Sequence record: OZ418233.1
Reading direction: 5' to 3' (one strand)
Length of the DNA: 40,362 bases
Source: a phage
The position numbers and the translations under genes were made by a program. The notes under the pieces are model-generated. The model was not told the origin of the DNA, did no database searches, and saw only the letters and a program-made list of their open reading frames with translations. This document shows, in pieces, positions 1 to 9,023 of this stretch (positions within the stretch are counted from its first letter, which is position 1; the number at the start of each line of letters is the position of its first letter).

Positions 1-78
1 TTGAATACTGCCGCCAACTATGGCGGCTTTATTTTGCATGGTACTATTACCACAACGGTAACTATTACCACGGTGGTT

Positions 79-675
79 ATGATGCCTGCTGAACCTAAAA
101 CCTATAAACGCAAATCAACGCAATTTAAGCCGCTCACAGCAATGCAGGAGGCTTATTGCCAGTCATACATCAAAACGCCTGAAAACCAGACTCAGGCAGC
201 GATTAACGCAGGATTCTCCCCAAATACAGCGGCAGTTAAAGCCAGTGTCATGATGCGCGATGAACGCATTCAAAAACGGATTGCCGAGTTGATGGAGGAG
301 CGCAACAAACGAATGCGCGTCAGTGCCGATTACGTTCTCATGCGCCTGGTGGAGATCGACCAGATGGACGTGATTGATATCCTCAATGACGATGGGAGCC
401 TTAAGCCAATCCGCGAGTGGCCGAAAATCTGGCGCACTACGCTTAGTGGCTTTGATCTGTCATCGACCATCATGAACATGAACGAGGATTCGATAGAGAC
501 AATTCTCAAAAAAATTAAATGGCCTGACAAGGTGAAGAACCTCGAACTGATTGGTAAGCACGTCGACGTCAATGCATTCAAAGAACGCCTGGATGTTAAT
601 GTGAATGTGACAATTGCTGATCGCATAGCGGCAGCCAGGAAGCGACTCAAAGAACGTCAGGATGGTAATCAGTGA
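79..675 (+). CDS. terminase small subunit
   Basis: ORF is open from window start; first in-frame ATG at 79 gives about 198 aa. Translation has the layout I associate with Terminase_2-type small subunits (QEAYCQSYIKTPENQTQAAINAGFS...). Stop overlaps the GTG start of the next gene (GTGA at 672-675). Confidence 0.7.
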   Translation: MMPAEPKTYKRKSTQFKPLTAMQEAYCQSYIKTPENQTQAAINAGFSPNTAAVKASVMMRDERIQKRIAELMEERNKRMRVSADYVLMRLVEIDQMDVIDILNDDGSLKPIREWPKIWRTTLSGFDLSSTIMNMNEDSIETILKKIKWPDKVKNLELIGKHVDVNAFKERLDVNVNVTIADRIAAARKRLKERQDGNQ

Positions 676-2147
676 CAGATACAGCGTTATCTCCTGAAGA
701 GCAGTTGATCGAGGATATTGCAGGGTTCACTCACGATCCGCTTGGCTATGCCCTCTATGCGTTCCCGTGGGGGGAAGATGGGACTGAACTGGCACATGCC
801 ACCGGTCCACGTAAGTGGCAGGCTGATGCGTTCCGAGAGATACGTGATCACCTGCAGAATCCAGAGACGCGCTATCAGCCGCTTATGCTGGCACGCGCTT
901 CTGGTCACGGTATTGGTAAATCCGCATTCATCTCAATGCTGATCAACTGGGGCATGTCCACTTGCGAGGATTGTAAGGTCGTGGTGACCGCCAACACCGA
1001 CAACCAGCTACGAACGAAGACCTGGCCGGAAATTATCAAGTGGTCGAACCTTGCTATCACGAAAGACTGGTTCACCTGCACCGCTACCGCGATGTACAGC
1101 AATGATCCTGGGCACGACAAGCGGTGGCGCGCTGACGCAATCCCCTGGTCTGAGCACAACACTGAGGCGTTCGCCGGACTACACAACGAGCGCAAACGCA
1201 TCATCGTGGTATTCGATGAAGCGTCGAACATTGCGGATCTGGTGTGGGAAGTTGCTGAGGGTGCGCTTACGGACGAAGACACTGAGATTATCTGGGTGGC
1301 GTTCGGAAACCCTACACGTAACACCGGGCGTTTCCGCGAATGTTTCCGCAAATATAAACACCGCTGGAAAACTGCGCAGATTGACAGCCGAACGGTGGAA
1401 GGCACTAACAAACAGCAGTTGCAGAAATGGGTTGATGACTACGGGGAAGACAGCGACTTCGTTAAAATCCGTGTGCGCGGCATATTCCCTGATGCATCTG
1501 AATTGCAGTTTATCCCTACCGGTCTTACTGATGAGGCAATGAAACGGGTGGTGACCGCTGCGCAGGTGGCGCATGCTCCGGTGATAATCGGTGTTGACCC
1601 GGCATATTCAGGCGTTGATGACGCGGTGATATACCTGCGGCAGGGGCTACACAGTAAGGTGCTGTGGACTGGCAACAAGACTACCGACGATCTGATTATG
1701 GCGAAGCGTATCGCTGACTTTGAAGACCAGTATCAGGCTGACGCGGTGTTCATCGACTTCGGTTACGGAACCGGTTTGAAGTCAATCGGTGACGGCTGGG
1801 GTCGTACATGGCAACTTGTTCCGTTCGGTGGCGCGTCTACTGACCCGCAGATGCTCAACAAGCGTGGGGAGATGTTCAACTCATGCAAGACATGGCTGAG
1901 GCTGGGCGGCATGCTGGATGACCAGGAAACTGCAGACGACCTGTCGGCGGCAGAGTACAAAGTTCGAGTGGACGGTAAAGTCGTTATCGAACCGAAGGAA
2001 GATATCAAGGAGCGGCTTGGGCGTTCTCCGGGTAAAGGCGATGCGCTACTGCTGACGTTTGCTTTCCCTGTGTCGAAGCGTCTGCGAATTCCTGGGCAGC
2101 AGAACCAGCAAGGCAAGGCCATCACAGATTATGACCCGTATGCTTAA
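672..2147 (+). CDS. terminase large subunit
   Basis: 491-aa ORF directly downstream of and translationally coupled to the small terminase; P-loop-like segment GHGIGKS; size and position typical of large terminase. Confidence 0.8.
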   Translation: MTDTALSPEEQLIEDIAGFTHDPLGYALYAFPWGEDGTELAHATGPRKWQADAFREIRDHLQNPETRYQPLMLARASGHGIGKSAFISMLINWGMSTCEDCKVVVTANTDNQLRTKTWPEIIKWSNLAITKDWFTCTATAMYSNDPGHDKRWRADAIPWSEHNTEAFAGLHNERKRIIVVFDEASNIADLVWEVAEGALTDEDTEIIWVAFGNPTRNTGRFRECFRKYKHRWKTAQIDSRTVEGTNKQQLQKWVDDYGEDSDFVKIRVRGIFPDASELQFIPTGLTDEAMKRVVTAAQVAHAPVIIGVDPAYSGVDDAVIYLRQGLHSKVLWTGNKTTDDLIMAKRIADFEDQYQADAVFIDFGYGTGLKSIGDGWGRTWQLVPFGGASTDPQMLNKRGEMFNSCKTWLRLGGMLDDQETADDLSAAEYKVRVDGKVVIEPKEDIKERLGRSPGKGDALLLTFAFPVSKRLRIPGQQNQQGKAITDYDPYA

Positions 2148-2237
2148 TCCGCTGGTGGGGATAATGTCGTTGATATCCTCTGATGAGGATAAAACAAAGC
2201 CAGCTCATCGGCTGGCTGTTTGTGACATGTCACGGTG

Positions 2238-2609
2238 TTATTGCTCGCTTAGCTTCTGCTTCAGCAAGTAACCTTCGAGCATCCAGATTTTGTTTACAGC
2301 ATTCTGCCGGGCAATCTTCCGACCAATTTCTGCATCAAAGTTTTCCGGGCTTGCACAGGCGCTCTCTCCGGTGACGGTGAAGCCGTTGCGCAGCACCAGA
2401 ACGCAGAACGTCAGCAGAGAAAGTGATTCGTGCGGCTGGTAGTTTACCTCTCCGCCAGTATGTTTCGCTTTTATGGCTACGCCAAAGACACCATCTTCTG
2501 CTGTGAAATATGCCTCCTGAGCAATAATGCTCTCGATATGGTCTGGCGTAACGCGCGGCGCGGCTAAACCTTTAGCCTGAATTTCAGATTCAATGTCTTT
2601 GTCACTCAT
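2238..2609 (-). CDS. hypothetical phage protein (123 aa)
   Basis: Clean minus-strand ORF with RBS-like AAGGTGAGA upstream of ATG at 2609; possibly a widespread small phage family, not verified. Confidence 0.45.
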   Translation of the reverse strand: MSDKDIESEIQAKGLAAPRVTPDHIESIIAQEAYFTAEDGVFGVAIKAKHTGGEVNYQPHESLSLLTFCVLVLRNGFTVTGESACASPENFDAEIGRKIARQNAVNKIWMLEGYLLKQKLSEQ

Positions 2610-2625
2610 AGTCTAATCTCACCTT

Positions 2626-2650
2626 AAAAAAATGCCCGGCGAACCGGGCG
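2626..2650 (-). terminator. intrinsic terminator downstream of tRNA (minus strand)
   Basis: Plus strand reads AAAAAAA + GCCCGGCGAACCGGGC; on the minus strand this is a GC-rich hairpin followed by a U-run. Confidence 0.6.
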
Positions 2651-2812
2651 AACTGGAAGCAATGAGTTATGCCTTCCGTGGCTGTACTGGTTTACAGCAT
2701 GAAGTCATCGCAATGGCGTCCTGCTGTAAAAAGGGCGGTGATAGTCCTTCAAGGGAAACCATCACCGCCAAGCACCTGGAACTTCTGGCATCACGGTCCT
2801 TAGGCGTGATTC

Positions 2813-2889
2813 TGGCGTGGCATGCAGGATTCGAACCTGCGACCAACCGCTTAGAAGGCGGTTGCTCTGTCCGACTGAGCTAATGCCAC
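2813..2889 (-). tRNA. tRNA-Arg (anticodon TCT)
   Basis: Reverse complement reads GTGGCAT-TA-GCTC-AGTCGGACA-GAGC-A-ACCGC-CTTCTAA-GCGGT-TGGTC-GCAGG-TTCGAAT-CCTGC-ATGCCAC-G-CCA: 7-bp acceptor stem, D, anticodon and T arms all pair, anticodon loop CT-TCT-AA, encoded CCA. Confidence 0.85.
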
Positions 2890-3211
2890 AACGCTGAGAG
2901 CACTTAGCCTGTTAAGGCGCCACACTTTGTCGCGGCTCCATAAATGCTCTCATCGTTGTACCCTCGTCTCTTCCGAGGCGTCACACCGAATAGCCGGGAT
3001 GGTGAATCCCCGTGCGCGGAATAAAACCGCTCGACTTGCACATTCCGGCTACCTGGTTCGTTTGCCCGAGCAAGGGAGGGTGCCCCTTAAACGTATCCAG
3101 ACCGCTATCGTCGCATGTGCCATACGCCGTACTGCTCAAAATAAAAGCTCACTCCACCTGTTCAATTTAACGACAAGCCAGTCAGGTTAGTAACCGGAAT
3201 GAGCTCTTTAG

Positions 3212-3226
3212 TTACCTGAAAGGTAA
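3212..3226. promoter_or_regulatory. palindromic operator-like motif TTACC-TGAAA-GGTAA
   Basis: Perfect TTACC-N5-GGTAA inverted repeat, about 90 bp upstream of the first virion gene; one of 12 such sites in the window. Confidence 0.55.
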
Positions 3227-3316
3227 TAATTAACGCGTTAAATGTCAACCTTCTACGATAAATAAAACATATGTGGTTAAATTGGTAATAATTTAATTGC
3301 GTACGGAGTCATTGAT

Positions 3317-3523
3317 ATGTGCATGGGTAGCTCACCATCAGTGCCTGCAACACCAGAAGTTCAGGCAGCACCACAGGAGCAGGATGCCGCCGTTGTTGAT
3401 GCCCGCGACGAAGAAACACGTCGCCGTCGCGCTGCTGCTGGTCGTAGTTCTACGCTGCTTACCGGTTCTCAGGGCGACACATCAACCGCTAATACCAGCG
3501 GTAAAACGCTGCTTGGTCAGTAA
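3317..3523 (+). CDS. small virion protein, T7 gp6.7-like (68 aa)
   Basis: Begins Met-Cys like T7 gp6.7 as I recall it; sits immediately before the portal gene; RBS GGAGT with a translation initiation region nearly identical to the portal's. Confidence 0.45.
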   Translation: MCMGSSPSVPATPEVQAAPQEQDAAVVDARDEETRRRRAAAGRSSTLLTGSQGDTSTANTSGKTLLGQ

Positions 3524-3537
3524 CCGGAGTCATTGAA

Positions 3538-5217
3538 ATGGCGGAAACAACTAAAGAGCGATTGAACAAACAGTTCGCACAACTTGAAAGCGAGCGTCAG
3601 TCGTTCGAGCCGCACTGGCGCGAGTTGAGTGATTACATCAACCCGCGTGGTTCCCGCTTTCTGACTTCTGAGGTCAACCGTAACGATCGACGCAATACAC
3701 GCATTATTGATTCGACCGGGACTATGGCGGCGCGCACTCTCGCCAGCGGCATGATGTCAGGCATCACAAGCCCCGCGCGTCCGTGGTTTCGCCTGGCTAC
3801 GCCAGATCCTGAAATGATGGATTATGGCCCTGTTAAGTTGTGGCTTGAGGCGGTGCAGAACCGCATGAACGATATGTTCAATAAGTCGAATCTCTACCAG
3901 TCTCTTCCGCAGTTATACGGAAGCCTCGGCACATACAGCACTGGTGCAATGGCGGTGCTGGAGGATGACGAGGACATCATTCGCACAATGCCATTCCCGA
4001 TAGGCAGTTACTACCTGGCTAACTCACCTCGTGGCAGTGTGGACACCTGTTTTCGCAAGTTCTCTATGACTGTTCGTCAGCTTGTTCAGGAGTTCGGACT
4101 AAATAACGTCAGCGAATCCGTAAAAAGCATGTGGGAAAGCGGCGCCTACGAGAAGTGGATTGACGTGATGCATTCGGTTTACCCGAACATTGACCGCGAT
4201 ACATCGAAGCTGGATAGCAAGAACAAGCCATTCAAATCGGTTTATTACGAGGTTGGTGGCGATAACGACAAGTTGTTGCGTGAGTCCGGATTCGATGAGT
4301 TCCCAATTATGGCTCCGCGCTGGGAAGTTAACGGCGAAGATGTTTATGGATCATCATGCCCGGGTATGCTGGCGCTTGGACCTGTTAAGGCACTGCAGCT
4401 TCTCCAGAAGCGCAAGTCGCAGTTGATTGATAAAGCCACCAATCCGCCGATGGTTGCTCCGACTTCCCTCAAGAATCAGCGTGCCTCCCTTCTTCCTGGC
4501 GACATCACGTATATCGATCAGATTACTGGTCAGGATGGTTTCAGGCCTGCTTATCTGGTTAACCCCAGTACAGCAGATTTGGTGGCAGACATTCAGGACA
4601 CTCGTCAAATCATTAACAGCGCCTACTTTGTCGATCTGTTCATGATGTTGCAGAACATCAATACCCGCTCGATGCCTGTTGAAGCGGTGATCGAAATGAA
4701 AGAAGAAAAACTTCTGATGTTGGGGCCGGTTCTGGAGCGTCTGAACGACGAATGTCTTAATCCTCTCATTGACCGCGCTTTCTCGATGATGGTGCGTAAA
4801 AACATGCTGCCGCCACCGCCTGACGCGATGGAAGGTATGCCCCTGAAGGTCGAATACATTTCTGTCATGGCTCAGGCGCAGAAGTCTATCGGCCTGTCCA
4901 GTCTGGCGTCCACGGTTAACTTCATTGGTCAACTTGCGCAAGCGAAACCAGAAGCTCTCGACAAACTCAACGTTGATCAGGCGATCGATGCATTCGCTGA
5001 TATGTCCGGAGTGTCTCCAACCGTCATTGTTCCGCAGGAACAGGTTGAGCAGGCTCGCCAGCAACGGGCACAGCAACAACAGCAGCAACAAATGATGGCG
5101 ATGGGGATGGCGGCGGCACAGGGTGCCAAGACGCTAAGCGAAGCTAAAACTTCGGATCCGAGTGTTTTGTCAGCTATGGCGAATGCAGTTAGTGGTCAGG
5201 GTGGGCAATCACAATGA
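3538..5217 (+). CDS. portal (head-to-tail connector) protein, T7 gp8-like
   Basis: 559-aa ORF with Q-rich C-terminus (QQQQQQQMMAMGMAAAQG...) as in T7-type connectors; gene order portal-scaffold-capsid. Confidence 0.85.
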   Translation: MAETTKERLNKQFAQLESERQSFEPHWRELSDYINPRGSRFLTSEVNRNDRRNTRIIDSTGTMAARTLASGMMSGITSPARPWFRLATPDPEMMDYGPVKLWLEAVQNRMNDMFNKSNLYQSLPQLYGSLGTYSTGAMAVLEDDEDIIRTMPFPIGSYYLANSPRGSVDTCFRKFSMTVRQLVQEFGLNNVSESVKSMWESGAYEKWIDVMHSVYPNIDRDTSKLDSKNKPFKSVYYEVGGDNDKLLRESGFDEFPIMAPRWEVNGEDVYGSSCPGMLALGPVKALQLLQKRKSQLIDKATNPPMVAPTSLKNQRASLLPGDITYIDQITGQDGFRPAYLVNPSTADLVADIQDTRQIINSAYFVDLFMMLQNINTRSMPVEAVIEMKEEKLLMLGPVLERLNDECLNPLIDRAFSMMVRKNMLPPPPDAMEGMPLKVEYISVMAQAQKSIGLSSLASTVNFIGQLAQAKPEALDKLNVDQAIDAFADMSGVSPTVIVPQEQVEQARQQRAQQQQQQQMMAMGMAAAQGAKTLSEAKTSDPSVLSAMANAVSGQGGQSQ

Positions 5218-5510
5218 CAGATTACGAAGACGATCAACTGAAAGAAGAAAACGCCCGCAAGCAACGTGACATGGCACAGCGTGAAATTGATGACATTCGC
5301 TTTGTCATGAGCAGTGAACAGGGGCGTCGCGTTGTCTGGTCGGTGCTGGAGAAAGGCCGGGTGTTTTCCGCTATCTCTCCGATGGATGCTATGGCAATGG
5401 CATTTAATGAGGGGCAACGCAATCTGGCGCTGGAACTGTTTCAGCGCGTTATGGCGCATTGCCCTGAACAGTATTTGAAGATGGCCAAAGAGGCCAGTGA
5501 ACAGGAGTGA
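5214..5510 (+). CDS. hypothetical head-module protein (98 aa)
   Basis: ATG overlaps portal stop (ATGA); charged, helical-looking sequence between portal and scaffold genes. Confidence 0.45.
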   Translation: MTDYEDDQLKEENARKQRDMAQREIDDIRFVMSSEQGRRVVWSVLEKGRVFSAISPMDAMAMAFNEGQRNLALELFQRVMAHCPEQYLKMAKEASEQE

Positions 5511-5512
5511 TC

Positions 5513-6208
5513 ATGAGTTTATTTGAGCGTTTGCTGTATCGCCGTCTTTGCAATGAGCAACAAGTCGATGGTGGGGCAGCTCCGGCTGCGTCAGAACCGT
5601 CAGCGCATGCAGGTGATAACCCTGCTCCTGTTGGTGATCCATCACAACAGGAAGGTGATAAGCCACAACCTGTTTCTGATGGCGATAAACCTGCTGATGA
5701 CAAAAAGCCTGAAAACGATAAGCAGGATGAAAAAAAGGGCGGCGATAAACCAGAGGGTGCGCCTGAGAAGTACGAGTTTCAGGCTGCCGAAGGCGTAGAG
5801 CTGGATACAGAAGCGTTGAAGGAATTCGAGCCGGTGGCGCGAGAACTAAACCTGACCAACGAGCAAGCGCAAAAGCTGGTTGATGCTTATCCGAAGATTC
5901 TGGCAGGTGTGCAGCAGCGTCAGGCAGAAGCCTGGCAGAAAACAACCGAGCAGTGGGCTGCTGATGTAAAAGCTGACAAAGAAATCGGTGGCGACAAGTT
6001 GATTTCTAACCTTAGCGCCGCACAGCGTGCGCTTGACCAGTTCGGGACACCTGAACTCAAAGAATATCTGAACACCACCGGGCTGGGTAATCACCCTGAT
6101 CTGGTCAAAACGTTCGTGAAAATCGGAAAGGCGATGTCTGAAGATGGCATGGTCACCGGTGGTAATGAAGGCCAGCGTAGTGCGGCCGAAGTGCTCTATG
6201 GCAAATAA
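5513..6208 (+). CDS. scaffolding protein (putative)
   Basis: Highly acidic protein with a long D/E/K/P-rich low-complexity segment, located between portal and major capsid genes; RBS CAGGAG 5 nt before ATG 5513. Confidence 0.55.
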   Translation: MSLFERLLYRRLCNEQQVDGGAAPAASEPSAHAGDNPAPVGDPSQQEGDKPQPVSDGDKPADDKKPENDKQDEKKGGDKPEGAPEKYEFQAAEGVELDTEALKEFEPVARELNLTNEQAQKLVDAYPKILAGVQQRQAEAWQKTTEQWAADVKADKEIGGDKLISNLSAAQRALDQFGTPELKEYLNTTGLGNHPDLVKTFVKIGKAMSEDGMVTGGNEGQRSAAEVLYGK

Positions 6209-6222
6209 GAGAGGAAATGACA

Positions 6223-7209
6223 ATGGCTGTTAAAGGCTTAACTGCGCTAACGCTGGCTGACTGGGGTAAGCGCGTCGATCCAAACGGGAAAGTCGATAAG
6301 ATTATCGAGCTTCTCGGTCAAACTAACCCGATCCTTCAGGATATGCCTTTTGTCGAAGGGAACCTTCCTACCGGACACCGAACCACCATTCGTTCTGGTT
6401 TACCTTCAGCCACCTGGCGTTTGCTGAACTATGGCGTACAGCCAAGCAAATCAACCACAGTGCAGGTCACCGATTCCGTTGGAATGCTGGAAACCTATGC
6501 TGAAGTCGATAAGTCACTGGCTGATCTGAACGGTAATACCGCCGAATTCCGCCTGTCTGAAGACCGCGCATTTATTGAAGCGATGAATCAGCAGATGGCG
6601 CAGACGTTGTTTTATGGTGATTCCAGCGTTAACCCTCAGCAGTTTATGGGACTGTCCTCCCGCTATTCCAGCCTGTCTGCGGGTAATGCTCAGAACATCA
6701 TTGATGCTGGTGGCACGGGTACAGATAACACCTCAATCTGGTTAGTGGTGTGGGGCGAAAACACCGTGCATGGCATCTTCCCGAAAGGGCAGAAGGCTGG
6801 CATCCAGATGGAAGATAAAGGCCAGGTGACACTGGAAGATGCTGATGGCGGCAAGTACGAAGGCTACCGTACCCATTACAAATGGGACAACGGACTTGCT
6901 CTGCGTGACTGGCGTTATGTTGTTCGCATTGCAAACATCGATGTCAGCAATCTTTCAGAACCTTCCTCTGCCGCAAATATTGCGAAGTTGATGGTTAAAG
7001 CACTGCATCGCATTCCAAACCGTGGCATGGGTCGCCCGGTGTTCTACATGAACCGCACTGTAGGCCAGGCTCTTGATCTGCAATCTCTGGAGAAAACATC
7101 TCTGGCGATCAGCGTAAAAGAGACAGAAGGCGAGTGGTGGACTTCATTCCGTGGTGTACCAATCCGTGAAACTGATGCGCTTCTGGAAACAGAAGCCCGC
7201 GTGGTGTAA
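6223..7209 (+). CDS. major capsid protein
   Basis: About 328 aa, follows scaffold gene; RBS GAGAGG 10 nt upstream of ATG 6223; size and position fit T7-type/HK97-fold major capsid proteins. Confidence 0.8.
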   Translation: MAVKGLTALTLADWGKRVDPNGKVDKIIELLGQTNPILQDMPFVEGNLPTGHRTTIRSGLPSATWRLLNYGVQPSKSTTVQVTDSVGMLETYAEVDKSLADLNGNTAEFRLSEDRAFIEAMNQQMAQTLFYGDSSVNPQQFMGLSSRYSSLSAGNAQNIIDAGGTGTDNTSIWLVVWGENTVHGIFPKGQKAGIQMEDKGQVTLEDADGGKYEGYRTHYKWDNGLALRDWRYVVRIANIDVSNLSEPSSAANIAKLMVKALHRIPNRGMGRPVFYMNRTVGQALDLQSLEKTSLAISVKETEGEWWTSFRGVPIRETDALLETEARVV

Positions 7210-7260
7210 CGCCTGTTATTAACCTGTGTGTCGTAACAGACCCACTAATGGAGAAAGAAG

Positions 7261-7698
7261 ATGATCACCGACAAACTGTTGATGTTCTCCGAAGCTCAGG
7301 CGGTTACGAATACCGCGGCTTCTACTGACGTAATCGATCTCGGTCCAATTGACGGAAAACGTCGTGATATCGGCGTGGGTTACCCGCTTGAGTTTTGGGC
7401 GCTGGTTAACACAGCCGCCGCGGCAAGCGGTGATGCAACTGTAAACATCCAGTTGCAGACGAGTGAGAATAACAGCTCATGGACCACTATTTATGATAGT
7501 GGCGCACTGGCAAAGACCGCCCTGACAGCAGGTAAGCGAGTTGTTTCTGCAAAGGTGCCAGCCGGTGTTCAGCGATATCTGCGTGTTAACTACTCCGTCG
7601 CAACTGGCCCACTAACGGCCGGCAAATTCACTGCGGGTATCAGTCTGGATGTTGATGCCAATACGCCGTATCCGATCCGCTCAAAAGTAACTGGTTAA
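7261..7698 (+). CDS. putative capsid decoration or accessory head protein (145 aa)
   Basis: RBS GGAG upstream; position directly after major capsid gene; function is by position only. Confidence 0.4.
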   Translation: MITDKLLMFSEAQAVTNTAASTDVIDLGPIDGKRRDIGVGYPLEFWALVNTAAAASGDATVNIQLQTSENNSSWTTIYDSGALAKTALTAGKRVVSAKVPAGVQRYLRVNYSVATGPLTAGKFTAGISLDVDANTPYPIRSKVTG

Positions 7699-7708
7699 GG
7701 TGATATCG

Positions 7709-8044
7709 ATGTCAGGTGAGAAACCAAGATACCGCGTTCTGCGCCTCTCTCATATCCATAACACTCTGTGGCCGGAGGGGGCAGAAATCGAATACGAAGG
7801 TGAGCCTGGTAGCGCACTGGAACCTGTTAACGATGCAGCCAGACAGGCAAAAGCAAAAGTTGCAGGAAAGGTGTCAATGGCAGCAACCAGCACCAAAATC
7901 ATCAACGATGTGTCAGATGATGGTGAACTGGATAAGCTCCGTGAAGAGTACGAATTGCTCTTTAACGAGAAGCCACACCATAACGCCAAAGCCGAAACGC
8001 TCCGCGAGAAGATCGCAGATAAGCGTAAAGAACTGGGCGTGTAA
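7709..8044 (+). CDS. hypothetical head-module protein (about 111 aa)
   Basis: ATG at 7709 preceded by AAGGTGA; ORF also open from GTG 7700; followed by a terminator hairpin. Confidence 0.4.
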   Translation: MSGEKPRYRVLRLSHIHNTLWPEGAEIEYEGEPGSALEPVNDAARQAKAKVAGKVSMAATSTKIINDVSDDGELDKLREEYELLFNEKPHHNAKAETLREKIADKRKELGV

Positions 8045-8060
8045 GCCTCGCGAATCCGAC

Positions 8061-8082
8061 AAGGGGCTTCGGCCCCTTTACT
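8061..8082 (+). terminator. intrinsic terminator candidate
   Basis: AAGGGGC-TTCG-GCCCCTT hairpin followed by a short T tract. Confidence 0.5.
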
Positions 8083-8094
8083 GCAGGAGTGTAT

Positions 8095-8418
8095 ATGGAA
8101 CTCGTAAACCTCAAAACCGGCACTGACAGCTACCAGGATGAGAGCGGAGAAACCAGAACTCGCGATGAATACCCGTGGGGGCTGTGCATCACGCTGAATA
8201 ACGACACATTGAATAAGCTGAAGGCGCAACCTCAGGGCGTCGGAACAGAAGTGATGATAACTGCAAAGGCTGTTATTCGAGGCCTGTCTGCCAGAGAAAC
8301 TGACGATGGTGTTAATCGCAGCGCCGATCTGCAGATCACTGATATGGCGATCGCTCCTGTTTCCGGGGATGTAGAAAAATCAGCGGCTGAAACCCTGTAC
8401 GGCAATGGGGGTGAGTAA
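8095..8418 (+). CDS. hypothetical virion-module protein (107 aa)
   Basis: RBS AGGAG 5 nt upstream of ATG 8095; stop overlaps the next gene's start (TAATG). Confidence 0.45.
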   Translation: MELVNLKTGTDSYQDESGETRTRDEYPWGLCITLNNDTLNKLKAQPQGVGTEVMITAKAVIRGLSARETDDGVNRSADLQITDMAIAPVSGDVEKSAAETLYGNGGE

Positions 8419-9023
8419 TGGCCTCTGTAGTAGAGATCTGCAATCGTGCGCTGTCCAATATTGGCAATAGCCGCAGCATTAACAGCCTGACGGAAGCCAG
8501 CAAGGAAGCGGGGGAATGTTCGCTGCACTTTGAAGCCTGCCGTGATGCTGTGCTTTCTGATTTTGACTGGAACTTTGCTACCAAACGCGTGGCGCTTGCA
8601 GATACGAGCAATCCACCGCCTGACTGGGAATATGCGTACCAGTACCCGTCCGATTGTCTGCGCATTACTGAAATTATGCTTCCTGGTGTACGCAATCCAA
8701 CAGCAGCAATGCGCGTTCAGTACGAAGTTGGTGCAGACACCGACGGAACAGGAAAGTTGATCTACACAGACCAGCCTCAGGCATGGCTCAAGTATGTCTC
8801 TCGCGTTACAGATGTGAACATGTTTGATGCCATTTTTATGGAGGCGTTGGCCTGGCGTCTTGCGGCAGCTATTAACATGGCGCTGACTGGGAATGCAGAC
8901 CTCGGTACGTTTGCCCTCAATATGTACAATCGCGTGATTCTTAGTGCTGGCTCGCATAGCCAGAATGAATCACAGGAACCACAGCCACCGGTTGATGAGT
9001 TTACCATTGCGAGGTTGTCCTGA
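8418..9023 (+). CDS. tail tubular protein A-like (gp11-like adaptor)
   Basis: 201 aa, immediately upstream of a large gp12-like gene; translationally coupled to both neighbours. Confidence 0.5.
   Translation: MASVVEICNRALSNIGNSRSINSLTEASKEAGECSLHFEACRDAVLSDFDWNFATKRVALADTSNPPPDWEYAYQYPSDCLRITEIMLPGVRNPTAAMRVQYEVGADTDGTGKLIYTDQPQAWLKYVSRVTDVNMFDAIFMEALAWRLAAAINMALTGNADLGTFALNMYNRVILSAGSHSQNESQEPQPPVDEFTIARLS

Noticed and set aside
2632-2883. 83-aa plus-strand ORF
   Set aside because: Overlaps the well-formed minus-strand tRNA-Arg and its trailer; no RBS; regarded as spurious.
2813-2889. tRNA as prophage attachment site or host boundary
   Set aside because: The tRNA is complete, 26 kb from the integrase and flanked by phage genes on both sides; interpreted as phage-encoded.
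4354-5091. 245-aa minus-strand ORF inside the portal gene
   Set aside because: Antisense to a confidently called portal gene; Leu/His-rich composition typical of antisense artefacts.
5050-5100. CAA/CAG-rich stretch as a tandem DNA repeat
   Set aside because: It encodes the Q-rich C-terminal tail of the portal protein; treated as coding low complexity.
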